From: Auanema rhodensis
Lineage: Eukaryota; Animalia; Nematoda
DNA: 64,000 bases
Direction of reading: 5' to 3'
NCBI GenBank assembly: GCA_964057225.1
Contig: OZ059898.1
Span: forward strand, 4,526,001-4,590,000
The position numbers were made by a program, and so were the translations under genes. The notes below the pieces were generated by a model that did no database searches, was not told where the DNA came from, and saw only the letters and a list, made by a program, of their open reading frames with translations. Of this stretch, positions 39,359-52,769 are shown one piece after another; position 1 is the stretch's first letter, and the number at the start of each line of letters is the position of its first letter.

Positions 39359-40480
39359 ATGTCGAAAAATATTAAAACTCCAACAAATCAAAAGATCCTC
39401 ACAAACGTAGCTGTGGTTAGAATGAAAAAGACAGGAAAGCGTTTTGAAATAGCTTGTTATAAAAATAAAGTTGTGAATTGGCGTAATAAAACGTAGGTAG
39501 TATTCTTCTTATAGGTACATAAATATATGTTTAAGCGAAAAAGATATTGATGAAGTTCTCCAAACACATACGGTTTTTTCAAATGTTTCTAAGGGACAGT
39601 TAGCAAAACGCGAAGATCTTATCGCAGCATTTGGAATAGATGATCAACTTGATATATGTAAAACGGTTTATCATTCCAATGTTTCATATCCAGAAATTCA
39701 TTCTTGTTTATTTGCAGATTTTAGACAAGGGAGATTTACAAGTGTCTGATAAAGAGAGGCAGGCAGCAACTAATCAATCTTTGAAGGAGGTTTCATAGTG
39801 CATATAGCTGGAGTATTATTGATTTTGCAGGTTTCGCAACTAATAGCTTCAATGGTTGTCAATCCGGAAACTAAAAGACCAATTCCTCCTAATGCAATTG
39901 ACAAAGCACTTCAAGAAGTGCATTTCAGCTTAAAACCTAACCGTAGTGCGAAACAACAGGTTGGTTCATATGCTATTTCTTTCGCGTTCGTTTTGTGGCC
40001 GCGTGGCGCAATGGATAACGCGTCTGCCTACGGAGCAGAAGATTGTAGGTTCGAATCCTGCCGTGGTCGTAAATTTTGAATTTTTCTGCTAAAGGATTTT
40101 TATGATTTTTTATGTTTACAGGCTCTTGAAGCTATTCCAAAATTGAAGGAAACAATGAAGATCGAAAGAGCTAAAATGCGCATAAGAGTTTCTTTGCCTA
40201 CCAAAGAAGGAAAGATCTTACAAAATAAATTTAAAGCACTTTACAATGAAATTGAAATTGAGGATTGGTCGGAAACAGGATTGGAAATTGTAAATTAGCT
40301 ATACATTATTGAATTGTTATCTAATATTGTCTTTTTTTATTGCAGATAGGCTTAATCGAACCCGGAGAGTTTAGAAGCATTGATGAATGTATCAGAAATG
40401 AATGCCATGGACAGGGTCGTATGGAAATCTTAAGTTTGAAAGATGTTCGTGAAGGTGAATTCGAGATCTCAATATCCTAA
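39359..40480 (+). CDS. sbds-1: SBDS/Sdo1 ribosome maturation factor
   Basis: [38 protein letters not shown]..., six exons, [12 protein letters not shown]...[10 protein letters not shown]. Confidence 0.95.
39997..40069 (+). tRNA. tRNA-Arg (anticodon ACG) inside sbds-1 intron 39960-40121
   Basis: 73-nt cloverleaf GGCCGCG...CGTGGTC-G with A-box TGGCGCAATGG, anticodon loop CTACGGA, B-box GGTTCGAATCC and downstream T-runs as a Pol III terminator. Confidence 0.97.
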
Positions 40481-40803
40481 ATTTACAAGATGGTTTTATC
40501 ACTAACCCTTTTCAAGCTTTTTCAATTAATACTCATAAAAAAGTGTTGTTGTGTTGTGTTGTGTTGTTTGCTTACTTACTTATTGTTATGCATGTTTAAA
40601 AATAAATTTATTGCTTATATATGTAAATCTCTAATGAAGCATTTTAACAATCTAAGAAATTATATAATTCATAGTGCATAATGTTGGGTAAAATTCAAAA
40701 TTATGTACAAAAATCATGAGATCATTCAATGAAAAATATCAATAAATACTTTGATACAAATGAAGTAATCATCATGCACATCAAAAAGTTTTCTTATCAA
40801 ACC

Positions 40804-42452
40804 TTATTTTCCAATATTGGTTGTTCCAGTGCTATAAATTCCATAGTCATAGTTTGGACGACCAGATGAATATGAGTCTACATAACCCTTATGTTGGTAA
40901 AGAGGTCTCGAAGCAAATTTGATCTAAAACATTTGAAACATTCGTAGAGTATTATTATTATTTACCTCGGGTTGAGCTTGCATACGAGCTATGTAGGCTC
41001 CCATCTTGGGGTAATGCAATCCAGGGAAGTATCTAAAGATTAGTAGAGAAGTATACACTTTTAAAGTATTGCACTTACCTGAATTGACTAGTTGAAGTTA
41101 ATGTCAATAATTCGAGACGTTCCAAAAATGGCCAAAGCATATAATCAGCATATCCAGGCATTCTACCTCCGTAGAAGCTATCAGTAAGTAAATTTTCAGC
41201 ATTTCTTAAAGCAGCATGGAGATTCTTATCGGTCTCTCTTTGGGCAGCTGGAGCAGAGCTACGGAAGAAATCAAAGAGAACATTCATAAGCTAAATATTG
41301 AACGGTAAATATGAAACTGCGGAAAAAAGAGGATTTAAACTAACTGATGATAATCGCTCAAGAAGAATTTTTTGATGAGCTTTCTCAAATGGATCTTTGG
41401 GTAGAATTGAAGTTGATGGGAATATTTCATCCAAATATTCAACAATGACATTTGATTCCCAAATTATCTAAGTTAAAGTTAATTTTATATAAGTATAATA
41501 TAACTATTCTACCTGTCCATTAACCTCTAAAGCTGGAACACGACCAAGGGGTGATTTAGCTAAATACCAGCTAGGACCCTTATCTGGATTCACATTAACA
41601 ACTTCAATGCTGAACATTAGAAGAGAAGAAGTTTTTTATTCAGTTAGTAAACATACGGAATATTTTTTTTAGCCAAATAAATGACAGTTCTTTCAGCGAA
41701 TGGGCAAAATCTCATGCTGTACAAACGATAAGTATTAGGAGCCAAAAATGGTTCAAACGATCCTAAAATCTCAATATATATTTTATAAAAATAATTCAAT
41801 TAACCTGGATGTAATACAGCAGAATTTAATCCTCGCATGTTTGAGCCAGCGCTACTGTATGAGCTGAATCTGGGTGGTATTGCCGGATACGATGGTAAAA
41901 CAGGATAAGAAAACGGAGAGCGCTGAGGCATCCGAGATGATGATGCTTGATATAACGCATCTGTGGCCTAAAAATATTCAAAAAAGTATACATGTTTTCT
42001 ATGAATTCAATTATTTTGAGTTAAAAAAAGCTGTATCATCAAAGATTATAAATAGGAGCAGTTTTATGTTGTGTAATAATAAAATCGTTCAAATACACAT
42101 AGTTAACCATTTTTCAGTAACACTCGAAGTATTCATACCTTTTTCTAACATTTTTTACTATACATCTAGTTTTAGTACTTCATATAGCACCACATGGCTA
42201 GTTTACGATTTTTTTTTGAAAACATAAGAAATGAATTCCTCAATCAAGAAATTTCAGCAAAATAAGTGGATTGAACCAAAAATTTATCTTTAACTTTAAG
42301 ATATTTGAAAACATATTTTTACATTCTTGAAAATGAGTTAAACTGACATTAGAAACCACTCCCTGCATAGTATTGTCCACAACAACGTTCGCCAAATGAG
42401 ACAGAAACTGAACACATAATGCCGCAGAGTTTGAGCAATTAGCAGCTAACAT
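40804..42452 (-). CDS. gsto-3: Omega-class glutathione S-transferase with N-terminal extension
   Basis: [14 protein letters not shown] active-site motif, [19 protein letters not shown] and [14 protein letters not shown]. The upstream exon 42357-42452 joins in phase. The family is well supported; the paralogue symbol is from memory. Confidence 0.85.
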
Positions 42453-44925
42453 CTGGAAGAAATATAATTGAATTTAAATATAATAGTATAAAATATAAAA
42501 AAACATTTGTATATGAAATCTATATAGGAAAAGAATAAGCAGTATCACGGCATCCAGAGGGTTAGCGAAGTGTGATACTCTTTTACGTCACATATACATT
42601 TAGCTACTGAGAAATAAACATATGCTAGACGTTTAAAAGAGAACACTGTTAAGTATCCTTTAACTAATATCATCACACTAATGTGAAAGCTGCTCAAACA
42701 GGTATATTCTTAGTAGTAACTAAAAACACTGAAATCTATCGAATTTGAGAGAAAATAAGAGCTATGTTGTCTATGTTCAGCTATTAATGGTGACAGAACA
42801 TGTGATCTCAAGGTGGACAAACCACGTAAAGAGCCACCGTTTGATAGTTCTCCACTGAATCTGCTCTTATATTGCTATTAGAAGAGGGAGAGACCGTAGT
42901 TTCCGGTTTATCGATGAGCCGTGCCATTGACGGAGGCAAGACCGGTCAGTGGTTGTCCTTCTTGCGCGCTGAGTCATGAGAGGAAGAGCAAGAGACAAGT
43001 CAAAGCTAGAGAAGAAAAGAGACTAAAAACAATAAAGAAAAGAAGAGAGTTATCAAAAAATAGCAGAAGCTTCAGAACTTCAGGCAGTTAATGACCACGT
43101 CGCAGTTGGCGGCGACAAGAGAATCTTCAACTTGACTACCGGTTCTCTTTGCAAAGAAGAGCAGAGTTGACGTAAAATAATTATAATTCAAGAAAAGCAA
43201 CATCTTATTTATGTTTGTCCATTAAATTAAAAATAGACTATGAAATGTGAATATAAAAAAATTGGAGGGAAAAAGCCCCAAGATGAAAAATGAGCAGAAC
43301 TTTCAATGAAGTCGAATGAAGTCTGAGGAATTTTATGTATGTGTTCGTATTTTTTTTTCTGAAAAGACAATAAAGAAAACGAAAGATAAGAACTACAACA
43401 ACATTGTGTTATGATATTGTCCTGACAAAGATGATGAAGATGAATGGATTGGAATTGAAGAAATAATATTATAAAACGAACAAGCACCTTTAAGCTTTAA
43501 TATAATGATGATGAGGAAAAACAATATAAAGAACACTTTCCCAATAACCAGGTGCAGAAAAACAGAAAAAAGGAAAGCATAGAGAGAGGGAAGAGGGTGG
43601 ATGAAGGAGAGAGTGGACAACTACACTTTATCATCTCGACAAGCTTCTAGCTCTTGTGTAATGGAATGGATCTATATACCGCTTCACAGGTGGTACTCAT
43701 GTTGTGGACGAAAAAGATGCCAAGAACATGACAACAAAAGATTCAAGCTAAGACAGATGTTCTCATGTGGACGAGAAGTTAGGCCACTTTGGAGCATCAC
43801 ATTGGTACTAGATCTATCGTACTAGCAAAATCATTCTTATTTAAATGCAAGCTTTAACAATTTTGAAGAAAAAACAAAACAAAAAGATGATAAGTGAATG
43901 GAGCTAAAGCACATTCATCAAAAAAGATTAATGTAAAATAAGAAAACGGCAATTGTTTTATATAAAATACAAAACAAATATATAAATTATATCTAATATT
44001 TATATAAATATGTTGATCATTGAACTCGAAAATAAAATATTCATAATTGTTCTTCAAAATTGTTCTCTCAACTTTTGAATTCTGATGAGAAAACAGATTG
44101 AAGAACTACAAACAATGGTATTCATAGATAGGGGGTAAGCAATGTACAAATACAGAAAAGAAACAGAGAAATGTCGCCTCAGGACAAATAGTACAATGAA
44201 AACAGGCTCACTGCTGAAGTGAGCTACAATAACGCGAAAACGAGAGTTGGAAACAGGAGGCTGTATTGTGTTTTACCGGAAACTGTTTAATGGCTACAAG
44301 CAACTGCAAACTGTATGAAAAAAATGTTCAGCATGGCCTATATCTGGGGCATCATTTAAGAACAAAAAAATGACTTGAATTTAATGGCCAAGCAGTAGAT
44401 AGAAGTTTATTTTTTCCCAAAAAGATTCTTTTTTTCGCTTTGAGAGTACAAACGATGAAATTTTAGTTTTTTCTAAGAAATTAATGTTATCAAAATCTAC
44501 ACAGTGCGAGTAGAATTGAAGATTTTGTGACATTTTTTGTATATTGACGACAAAAGACTTGTTTTATAATACTAAAAATAAAAATTATTGTCTATGTAAT
44601 CAAAGAAATGATTTAAAACGTTCAAATAGGAATGATTGAGTTCTGTGTATATAATCTTGAGTTTTAGATGGAACACACGATTAAAGAAATAAACATTGAG
44701 GCACAAGCGAAGAAGCTGAACTTGAATGGAGAAAAAACTTAAAAGGATCTCCGTAAAAACGGCTAGCAGCGATCAAGCAGATGTTTCATCGTTGTTCTAA
44801 TCCTTTGCTTAAATTCTGCTTGCATGCTCTTCGTCAAGTGGTACACAGACACAAATTCAGTTGGGAAGAGTCAAAAGAAGATGGGTCTTCAAAACGAAGA
44901 TAAGATGCTGCAAAATGAGGATATC

Positions 44926-44956
<31 letters not shown>

Positions 44957-45610
44957 TTAGAACAAAAATTTATAGACAAGATGAGAACAATGTTGAAAAG
45001 CGCTTCCGACGGTGGGACCACTTAAAAACTGCCGGAGGATATTCTCACTATTCAGAAGTTTATAGGCATTTTTTTAGCTTGTAGCTCAAATATAAAGTGT
45101 AAATAACGGAAATATAGTGCAAGTTCGGAGGCTTTGAAATGAAATATGACGACTCATCGCATTCAATACTAAGCTTCAACAACATTATATTCAAAACACT
45201 CATTTCTCGAATCGGAGACATGAGAATTAAAGGCAAAAAATGTCAAAGCCAGTAGGAGAAGCAAAACCGGGTAACCGTCTAGATAGTTAAGAAAATTAGA
45301 GAAAAAGCTAGGGAATAGATATATAAAATTTCAAGCACATTTCTTGAGAAAGAAAAAACGCACATGTCTCAGTTTGGATTCTCATCAACTTGACATTAGT
45401 GTTTGTTTTCTCGTAATCTTTATCAAGAGCACAAAAAATCTCTAATGCTTTTAGACTATTCATCTTTTCAGAAAACTGCTCAGGCATGTGGTAATATATA
45501 AAAATTAAAAAAACACCGAATACAAAGAAGATTGACTTCATTTTGTACAATATAGAATCAGAAATAAGTATGTATTTACAGTAATGAATATATTAAAACA
45601 TTTGTGATTA

Positions 45611-48541
45611 TCAAAATGGTTTAACAAATTCATATCTAGTTAAGCATTCAAAGATCCAGCCAGCACATACAATATTATAATATGATTTTCTTAATATTCG
45701 ATCAGGTACCTAAATAATATTTATTTATTTAAATATTAGATAAAACTGTATACCGGATGATTTGGATCGCAAACAACAAAATATGGTGAACTTTTGCATA
45801 ATTCCCTTCCATGGAACGGTAAAGGATCTTCCGCGTTTTTAGTAGGTTCTCTGGTTAAAACTTCACCTTCTCCTAAGCGAATAAGTTCAGAAATTACTTG
45901 CTTTGTTCCTGAATTATATTATTTCAATTATTTATATATGTATAATTAACACGTGCCATAAGGATTGAATTTTGGATGTGCCAAATAGAACTTGCAACCA
46001 CGGAATAAACCAGGCTCCTAAAGTCTCAATTATTTCTTCAATGAAGTTGTTTTAAAACCACCATTTTATCTTTGCTTCTACGACATATTTGCACACCCCC
46101 TTCAAACAACCCAGAATCAAGTAACCCGAGATTTTGAACCTTAAAATTTTTTTCATAGAATTACAAACTGAATATGTACAACTAACTTCATATCTTAAAG
46201 AATCTGTTAAAAGTTCTCCCCTACTTATGCAATCATAAAGCCAATCAACTGTTACTATATATGCGCCTCTGAATATCTCAATATAAATAGAGTCCCAAAA
46301 GAACTAGCAACCGAAGCATTGCCATCAGTAATTCGCTTTTAGATTCAACTACTCCTCGATCATCTGGTTTAGTTACGTAATGAGTTGCAGTGGAATTTCC
46401 AACGGGAACAAACTAAAGTAATTTAAATAACAACAAAGAAGTTTCGCAAATATTACGGTTATCATTTTAAGTAACACGGATTTCTGAACTTCACTCAAGC
46501 CGACGTCAGAACTCATAACAACGACAACTTTTTCCGGTAACGGAGGGGGAATAGCTAAAATAGGATTTAATTTTTTTTAACTATTGTTGAAAGTTCACAT
46601 GGTTGACGGGGGTAATTTCTGTATTTTTCCACGAGTTTTCTGATTGGAGAAAAGGCTTCTGCCATATCAGCAGCTGTTCTGCATTTCAAATTTTTAACCT
46701 AAAGTTATCATCAATTATTATAAGAGAATACACAAATACAGTTCGACTAGCTCCTTTGGAAAGAAGATATTTCACAATTTCCTCATTCCCAGCATCAACA
46801 GCGAAATGTAGAGCTGTATTACAATCTGTGCCACCTATAAAAAATTTATATTAAATAAACTCAAAAATAAAACTACAATGAGCATTGATTACTGCTCCGT
46901 TTTCAACCAAAATTTCGCATAAATCTAAGCGATTTTTCTTTACAGCAACACATAGAGGAGTACCATTCACAGGATCGATTTCATTAACATCATAGCCTTT
47001 CTAAATTTCTGAATTTTCTAAAAAACAAACTTATTCAGTTATACATGCAAAAGTTTTCGTAAATTATCGGCATCTCCAAAATCAACTGCATTGATCACAG
47101 GTAAATCTGATTTCCCCTTCAAAGTGGCTGGTCTACGAGAAGACAATACTCTACTTTGAGCCTAATTGTAGAATGATAATAACTTTTATAATACAAAATT
47201 TTACCGGGCATGTTACAGGAGTAGAAAATATATTCGAGTTTTGCATTGGTGTCCTAATTTTCAAAGCACTTCTACATATTTCATCAAAAGAATCATCCGC
47301 AGGAAAATCTTTCGTCACTTCATTCCATTTATCATCCTTAAAATTTACTGTGTTTCCCACAGCACTTTATTTCTTTCTTACGTTTTCTTTCGACTTTGGC
47401 CCGAAAGCAGCAGTTGGGACTTTAGTAAATTCAAAGCTCTTGGTAATCTTCGGTGCTGGAGCGAACGACTTCATAGAACAAACACCATTATTTCTCAGTT
47501 TCACGTATTAAAAAACCTCGTCAATAAACTGAGTCGAACCCATATTTGCCATAGCTTGAGTCATAAAAAATCCTGGGTTCTGAGTAGAATACGGTGCATC
47601 TGCGGATTGATCAGGCTGTGGAGGGTCTATTATTCTAAAATATTACTAACTTAAAGTTTATATTTAAATATTCCTACTTATTGGGAAGAATGTCATCAAT
47701 TTCCGGTGAAAATGAAATTTCTGACATAGAACTTCCACATCTAAACTATACTATACTACTATAACATATGAACAAAACAAGACCTTGAATGGCTTAATGG
47801 GCTTGGACTTTTCATAGACCTAAATAAACAACTTAATTTCAACTACAGATAAAAACAAACCTTTTAGTTTTACTATGACTAGTCGTCAGACATTGGGTCG
47901 CTATAAATTCATCAACAGTTCTTAAGGAAATAAACTTAAATTATTGAAAATAGTCGCATACCTTCGTGGAGGAGATTCAAAATTACATTCAAACAACTTT
48001 TGAGTTTGTAGGTTTTGATTACCGTTCAACCCACTTCTTTCTACAGCATTTTCATACTATAAATTATATTTATTAAAGTCAATCTGAGAGTAATGCATGT
48101 TTCATACATCATTTAGTAAAGCATTAAATTGATCAATGCTAGCAGCCAAGTTATTAAACATGGTAGCTGTAGTAGGTTTCGCAACCTAAAAAAGCAACTT
48201 TCAAAGCTCGAAACCAATTGGGTCTACCTCTAGAGGTGAATAACACTGTGAGCACATAGGCTGAGATATAGTTTGAAGTTTATTAACACATCCCCTAAAT
48301 GGGGAAATAGATATATTTTTGATTCATTATAAACTTTACCAGCAGAATGCATGCTTACACGCTGTTCCTAAATGTAGAAGTTCACTGTTCTCTTTCGTAC
48401 TGAAATTAAATCTTCAAGATAGCTTCATAGGGTGAAAAGCTTATACCAATCAGGTTGAGCACAACTTATGAGATTTGAAAAAACGTTAGCAGCATTCTTT
48501 GTTCGAGCGAAGCTTTTTCGACTAAGATTATGTTTGGTCAT
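45611..48541 (-). CDS. brd-1: BARD1 homologue (RING - ankyrin - BRCT)
   Basis: N-terminal RING (HLGTACKHAFCWGC...MCSQCYSPL), ankyrin repeats (GTPLYVAV, NTALHFAVDAGNEEIVKYLLSKGA) and tandem BRCT (VTVDWLYDC, LIRLGEGEVLTREP, GWIFECL). Confidence 0.9.
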
Positions 48542-49741
48542 TGTATATGTAGCAGGACTATATGTTAATCTTATTTGACAAGAAATTTACAGTTCATTCA
48601 AAATGAATATCAATGCTCAATTCAATTAGAATTTTTGCCGCAATTTCGAGTTGGCGCACGTTTCAGACCATTTCCATAGACTTATCGACTAATAGGATAA
48701 GGATTTCACAGAAAAATTGAAACCTATATAGAATTGTGAATCATTCTTCTGATAAAATAGGCAAGTTACAGTAGTCTTTATGAATTTCTTCGTAATCATT
48801 TGAAAACGTTACGAATTCTATAAAGAATGTAAGAGAATAAATACGAATCCTGGTTTCTCAACAATTTTTTCTTATAAAATCCAGATAAATCCTTCCGATA
48901 CGGCTCATCAAAATAGAAAGAGCAGATTTAACCTCGACCACACTCAACCATCATAAAAGACCTACACAACCGGTCGCTGTTTCCAATAATTTTCTAAACC
49001 AGATGCAACACTTAAGTTAAATGTGATATATGTAAGATGAATAAATGGTTATTGGAAGGATTGCCTGTACCCAGATTTCTTATCGTAGTTTCGATAAGAA
49101 TGCAAGTTAAAAGTTCTTTTTTTAATTTAAAATTCAATCAAATGTATTTATAACTATGTATGTATATAATAGATACTAGGTAGATTTTTAATATGTTCTA
49201 AGATAAATTATTTCTTGTACATGTCTTCATTCTTCATTTTCAAATAATATTTACTTGTCCAAAAGTTATATGCCAGCAATAGACCTTGTACGAGTAGTGT
49301 ATGAGCAGATTTTATTAACTTTTTTCTTGTTAAAATATTTAACTTTCTCATCTATCTTCGTATTATCACTTAATCTTAAACTGATCTTCTGATAGAGTAT
49401 CTCAAATGATTCATTCAAGAAAAAAGACAAATGTCTCTTATTGGTTTGTTTATTTCTATTGAAGGTGTGAATGTGACGCTTACCTAAGTAAGTGAACCAT
49501 TAATATAACGATGACAAACTCGGCGTTACTCAAACATTATCACTTCAGAATAATCTTTTTTCTTTCATTCTTTATCCTATTTGAAAGTAAACATAGAAAC
49601 TATTTAATCATCAAATTACCTATCACCTATCATTTCTTTTTTGGAATTCAAGAATTTATTCAACTAAACTACTTTTCTGTTAAAACTTTGTTATTTTCAA
49701 CTTATTTTATTATTTATAGTAATATAAATATATTATAGGTA

Positions 49742-51160
49742 ATGGTTCTTCAATCTATTATTATAATTTCTTTACTATATGTTACTGTATCTGCTCAATT
49801 ATGTTTGAGTGACTATGATTGTCCTAAAACATTAGTTTGCAAGAAAATTACTAATGCACCATATAACGTTTGTGGTACAGGAATAGGAAATGGAGTTTCG
49901 GTTCGATAATTTATTAAATTTGATATTAAGAGATCTTTTAGCCTATGAAAAATCAATGTACATCAGATATACAATGTCCAGATTTAAATGTATGTATCTT
50001 GGATTCTATTGGATTAAAAGTATGCCAAAATCCTAGTAAGTTATAAATTAAAAATTTATAAAATATAATATTTGTAAATTTATAATATTTTTTTAGCTTA
50101 TTGTTCAACTAATGCACAATGTTCAAGTGGAAAAACTTGTCAGGTTCATTATAATGGATTACATTTATGTCAATATGACAGTAGAACTCTAGGAAAAAGT
50201 TTGAACTTTCATTTCTTTGAGTAATAACTTGATATCATAATAGGTGATAAAGAATCATGTACAAAAGATTCCGATTGTCGAATTGGACTGCGATGTGTGG
50301 ATTATTTTGGTAAATTAATGTGTAAAGTAAGTTGAAGACTGATTTTTAATACAATACAACGTAAATGAAACATTAGAACTTAAACATTGGTGGAGGTGCT
50401 CAACCTACATCCGCTTGTCTATCATCTACTGATTGTTTTAATGGTCAGAGCTGTGTATATTTAGCTTCCAATAAACAATATGTTTGCATGTGGTTAGGAG
50501 GTAAAGAATATTATTATATAAAATATGTTAAATTGGTTTTTAGGCTTTACATCTTCCGTAGGAGGTAATGTTGGTGGCAACACAGGCAAAAATCCTTCAG
50601 TACCATCAGTTGGAGGAAATGTTGGCGGCAACACAGGCAAAAATCCTTCAGTACCATCAGTTGGAGGAAATGTTGGTGGAAACACAGGCAAAAATCCTTC
50701 AGTACCATCAGTTGGAGGAAATGTTGGTGGAAACACAGGCAAAAATCCTTCAATACCATCAGTTGGAGGAAATGTTGGTGGAAACACAGGCAAAAATCCT
50801 TCAATACCATCAGTTGGAGGAAATGTTGGTATATCAGCTATAGCAATTCGTGGGAATATTGGTGAAGAAGCAAACTCAGATCCAAATAGTAATATTATTC
50901 AACATATTGGTGGAAACATTGAAAATCCAACAGATCCAAGTTATGATCCATATTTTCATCCTAAAGTTGGTGGACATGTTGGTGCTGCAAGTAGTTTTAA
51001 CAATCCGGAAAGCGTTAATGGATTCAATTCTATAGGAGAACCATTTGATTCTTCAGCATTTAATACTGGAACAAATCAATTATTCCCATTCAGTATTGAT
51101 CAAGATAATGAATATAAAAGTAAGTATAAATATAATCCATATTTACAATTTAATGTTTAA
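49742..51160 (+). CDS. Secreted Cys-rich protein with five CxxxxxCxxxxxC...C modules and a Gly/Asn/Pro tandem-repeat tail
   Basis: Signal peptide MVLQSIIIISLLYVTVSA, about one 4-Cys module per exon, and a last exon from 50544. The 3' end is uncertain because an unused GTAAGT donor sits at 51120. Confidence 0.8.
50558..50830 (+). repeat. 51-bp coding tandem repeat, 5.3 copies (VGGNVGGNTGKNPS[V/I]PS)
   Basis: Near-identical units starting at 50558, 50609, 50660, 50711 and 50762, plus a partial unit at 50813. Confidence 0.95.
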
Positions 51161-51549
51161 TTGTGTCCCTTTTCAATTGTTTTTTTTATTAATTATATTT
51201 AAAAAGTCTGGTTGAATCTGTTATCTTTGTTCGAGAGACTGTCCTTCGTCACTGTCTGTCTCAATGTTGTCATTATACTGTGTACATAATGAATTTGTAT
51301 TTGAAACTCTTTGAAAGCTTAATAGAAAAAAAGATTTTAGATAATAAATACAATTTATTAAAATATTTTAATTGTATAAGAAGAAAAGATGATTTAATAC
51401 TATTTATCCAGCTTGTTTAATCACTATTTTTCATCTTTTTGTTTTATTTAAGAATCTTTCTCAACTACTTAATGAAGATGATGTTATTAAGAAACTTTTG
51501 AAAGAAAGAGAAAATATAATTATATGTATATATGTATATATGTTTTAAC

Positions 51550-51592
<43 letters not shown>

Positions 51593-51601
51593 CTTTTATA
51601 G

Positions 51602-52385
51602 AAAATAATACAACTTCAAGCACTTCTACAACTTCTAGTATTCAACTACCAACCTATGCTGAAGCTCGTGTAATTCCTAAGGCAAATCTGATTGATCCTG
51701 CTGCCATGCCTTGTGAATATGATTATCAAGTTTGAGCAAATGACGCAAAAAAAAAAAAAAAATAAAAAGTTTAAGTGCCGAATGGGGGAAAGTTGCTCTG
51801 GAATCGTTCAACTTGTAGACAGGAATGTAACAGTTTGTCAATATGATGTAACAAAGAAAAACAGAATGTGTATTGTACATGCTGATTGTGTACAAGGACA
51901 GGTAATATCTATTAAAATTTTATTTAAAGTAATCAAATGAATAATAGATTTGCTCTAAAAATGCCACAGGAACATTCGTATGTACTGATTCGTATGAAGC
52001 TGCAACCGGAAACTTAAAATGTCAATATGATTATGAATGTTCTGGAGGTGAAGTTTGTGCTAATGTAGGACAAGATTCAGAAAAGGTATATATTGAATAC
52101 AAATTTCTCAATTTAATGTATTAAATTCAGAAATTTCGATGTCGATTACCTGATTATGCTGATCCAAGACGAAATCAAAAATGCAGTAGTAATATTGATT
52201 GTCCTTATCAACAAGTATTGAAATTATATATTTTATATTTTATAAAATGTTTATAGGTATGTCGACATTTATCTGGATTAGCTATGTGTGTTGATATTGG
52301 GTCTACAGTAGCTATAAGTACTGGTAGAGAAATACAAGAAAAAGTTTTTAAATTTGTTCATGATCTATTATTTGCTCGAATTTAA
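51602..52385 (+). CDS. Second Cys-rich module protein; 5' end unresolved
   Basis: Five phase-consistent exons: ...CEYDYQCRMGESC...CIVHADCVQGQIC...CQYDYECSGGEVC...CSSNIDCPYQQVC...LFARI*. Confidence 0.75.
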
Positions 52386-52592
52386 CTTAGATGTAATATT
52401 ATAAATATAACTGAATAAATTATTATAATAATAAATAAATAAATATGAGAATCTCTTTCTATATCTTTCCAAAAACTATTTTTCTTTTCTTCTTCCACAA
52501 CAACAATTTTTTTTGTTTTTTTTTGACATCTAGTTATGTTAGAAAATGATAAAATATATTGAGTTTTTGATAATTTAATATACATTTACATA

Positions 52593-52769
52593 TAGTCCTG
52601 TACGATAAAAAGGGGACACTCAAAAAATCTCTCGTATCGTTTGAGATAAACTACAGAAAAAAATATTACGAGTATTTAAAAAAAATTAATTTTTTTGATT
52701 TTTTTTGTAGTTTGAAGAGGGTTGTTTGGGCTCTCTCAAAAGGTGTCCCACTTTCATCGCACAAGACTG
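52593..52769. mobile_element. Tc1/mariner-type MITE, about 177 bp
   Basis: Imperfect TIRs of about 28 bp (TAGTCCTGTACGATAAAAAGGGGACACT versus reverse-complement CAGTCTTGTGCGATGAAAGTGGGACACC), TA on both sides, and an internal inverted AAACTACA/TGTAGTTT. Confidence 0.7.

Noticed and set aside
42500-45550. Short ORFs between the GST and brd-1
   Set aside because: No coherent spliced model or recognisable motif; probably regulatory or intergenic DNA.
50494-50843. Three additional repeat ORFs over the 51-bp array; CRISPR-like appearance
   Set aside because: They are shadow frames of one coding tandem repeat. There are no unique spacers and the context is eukaryotic.
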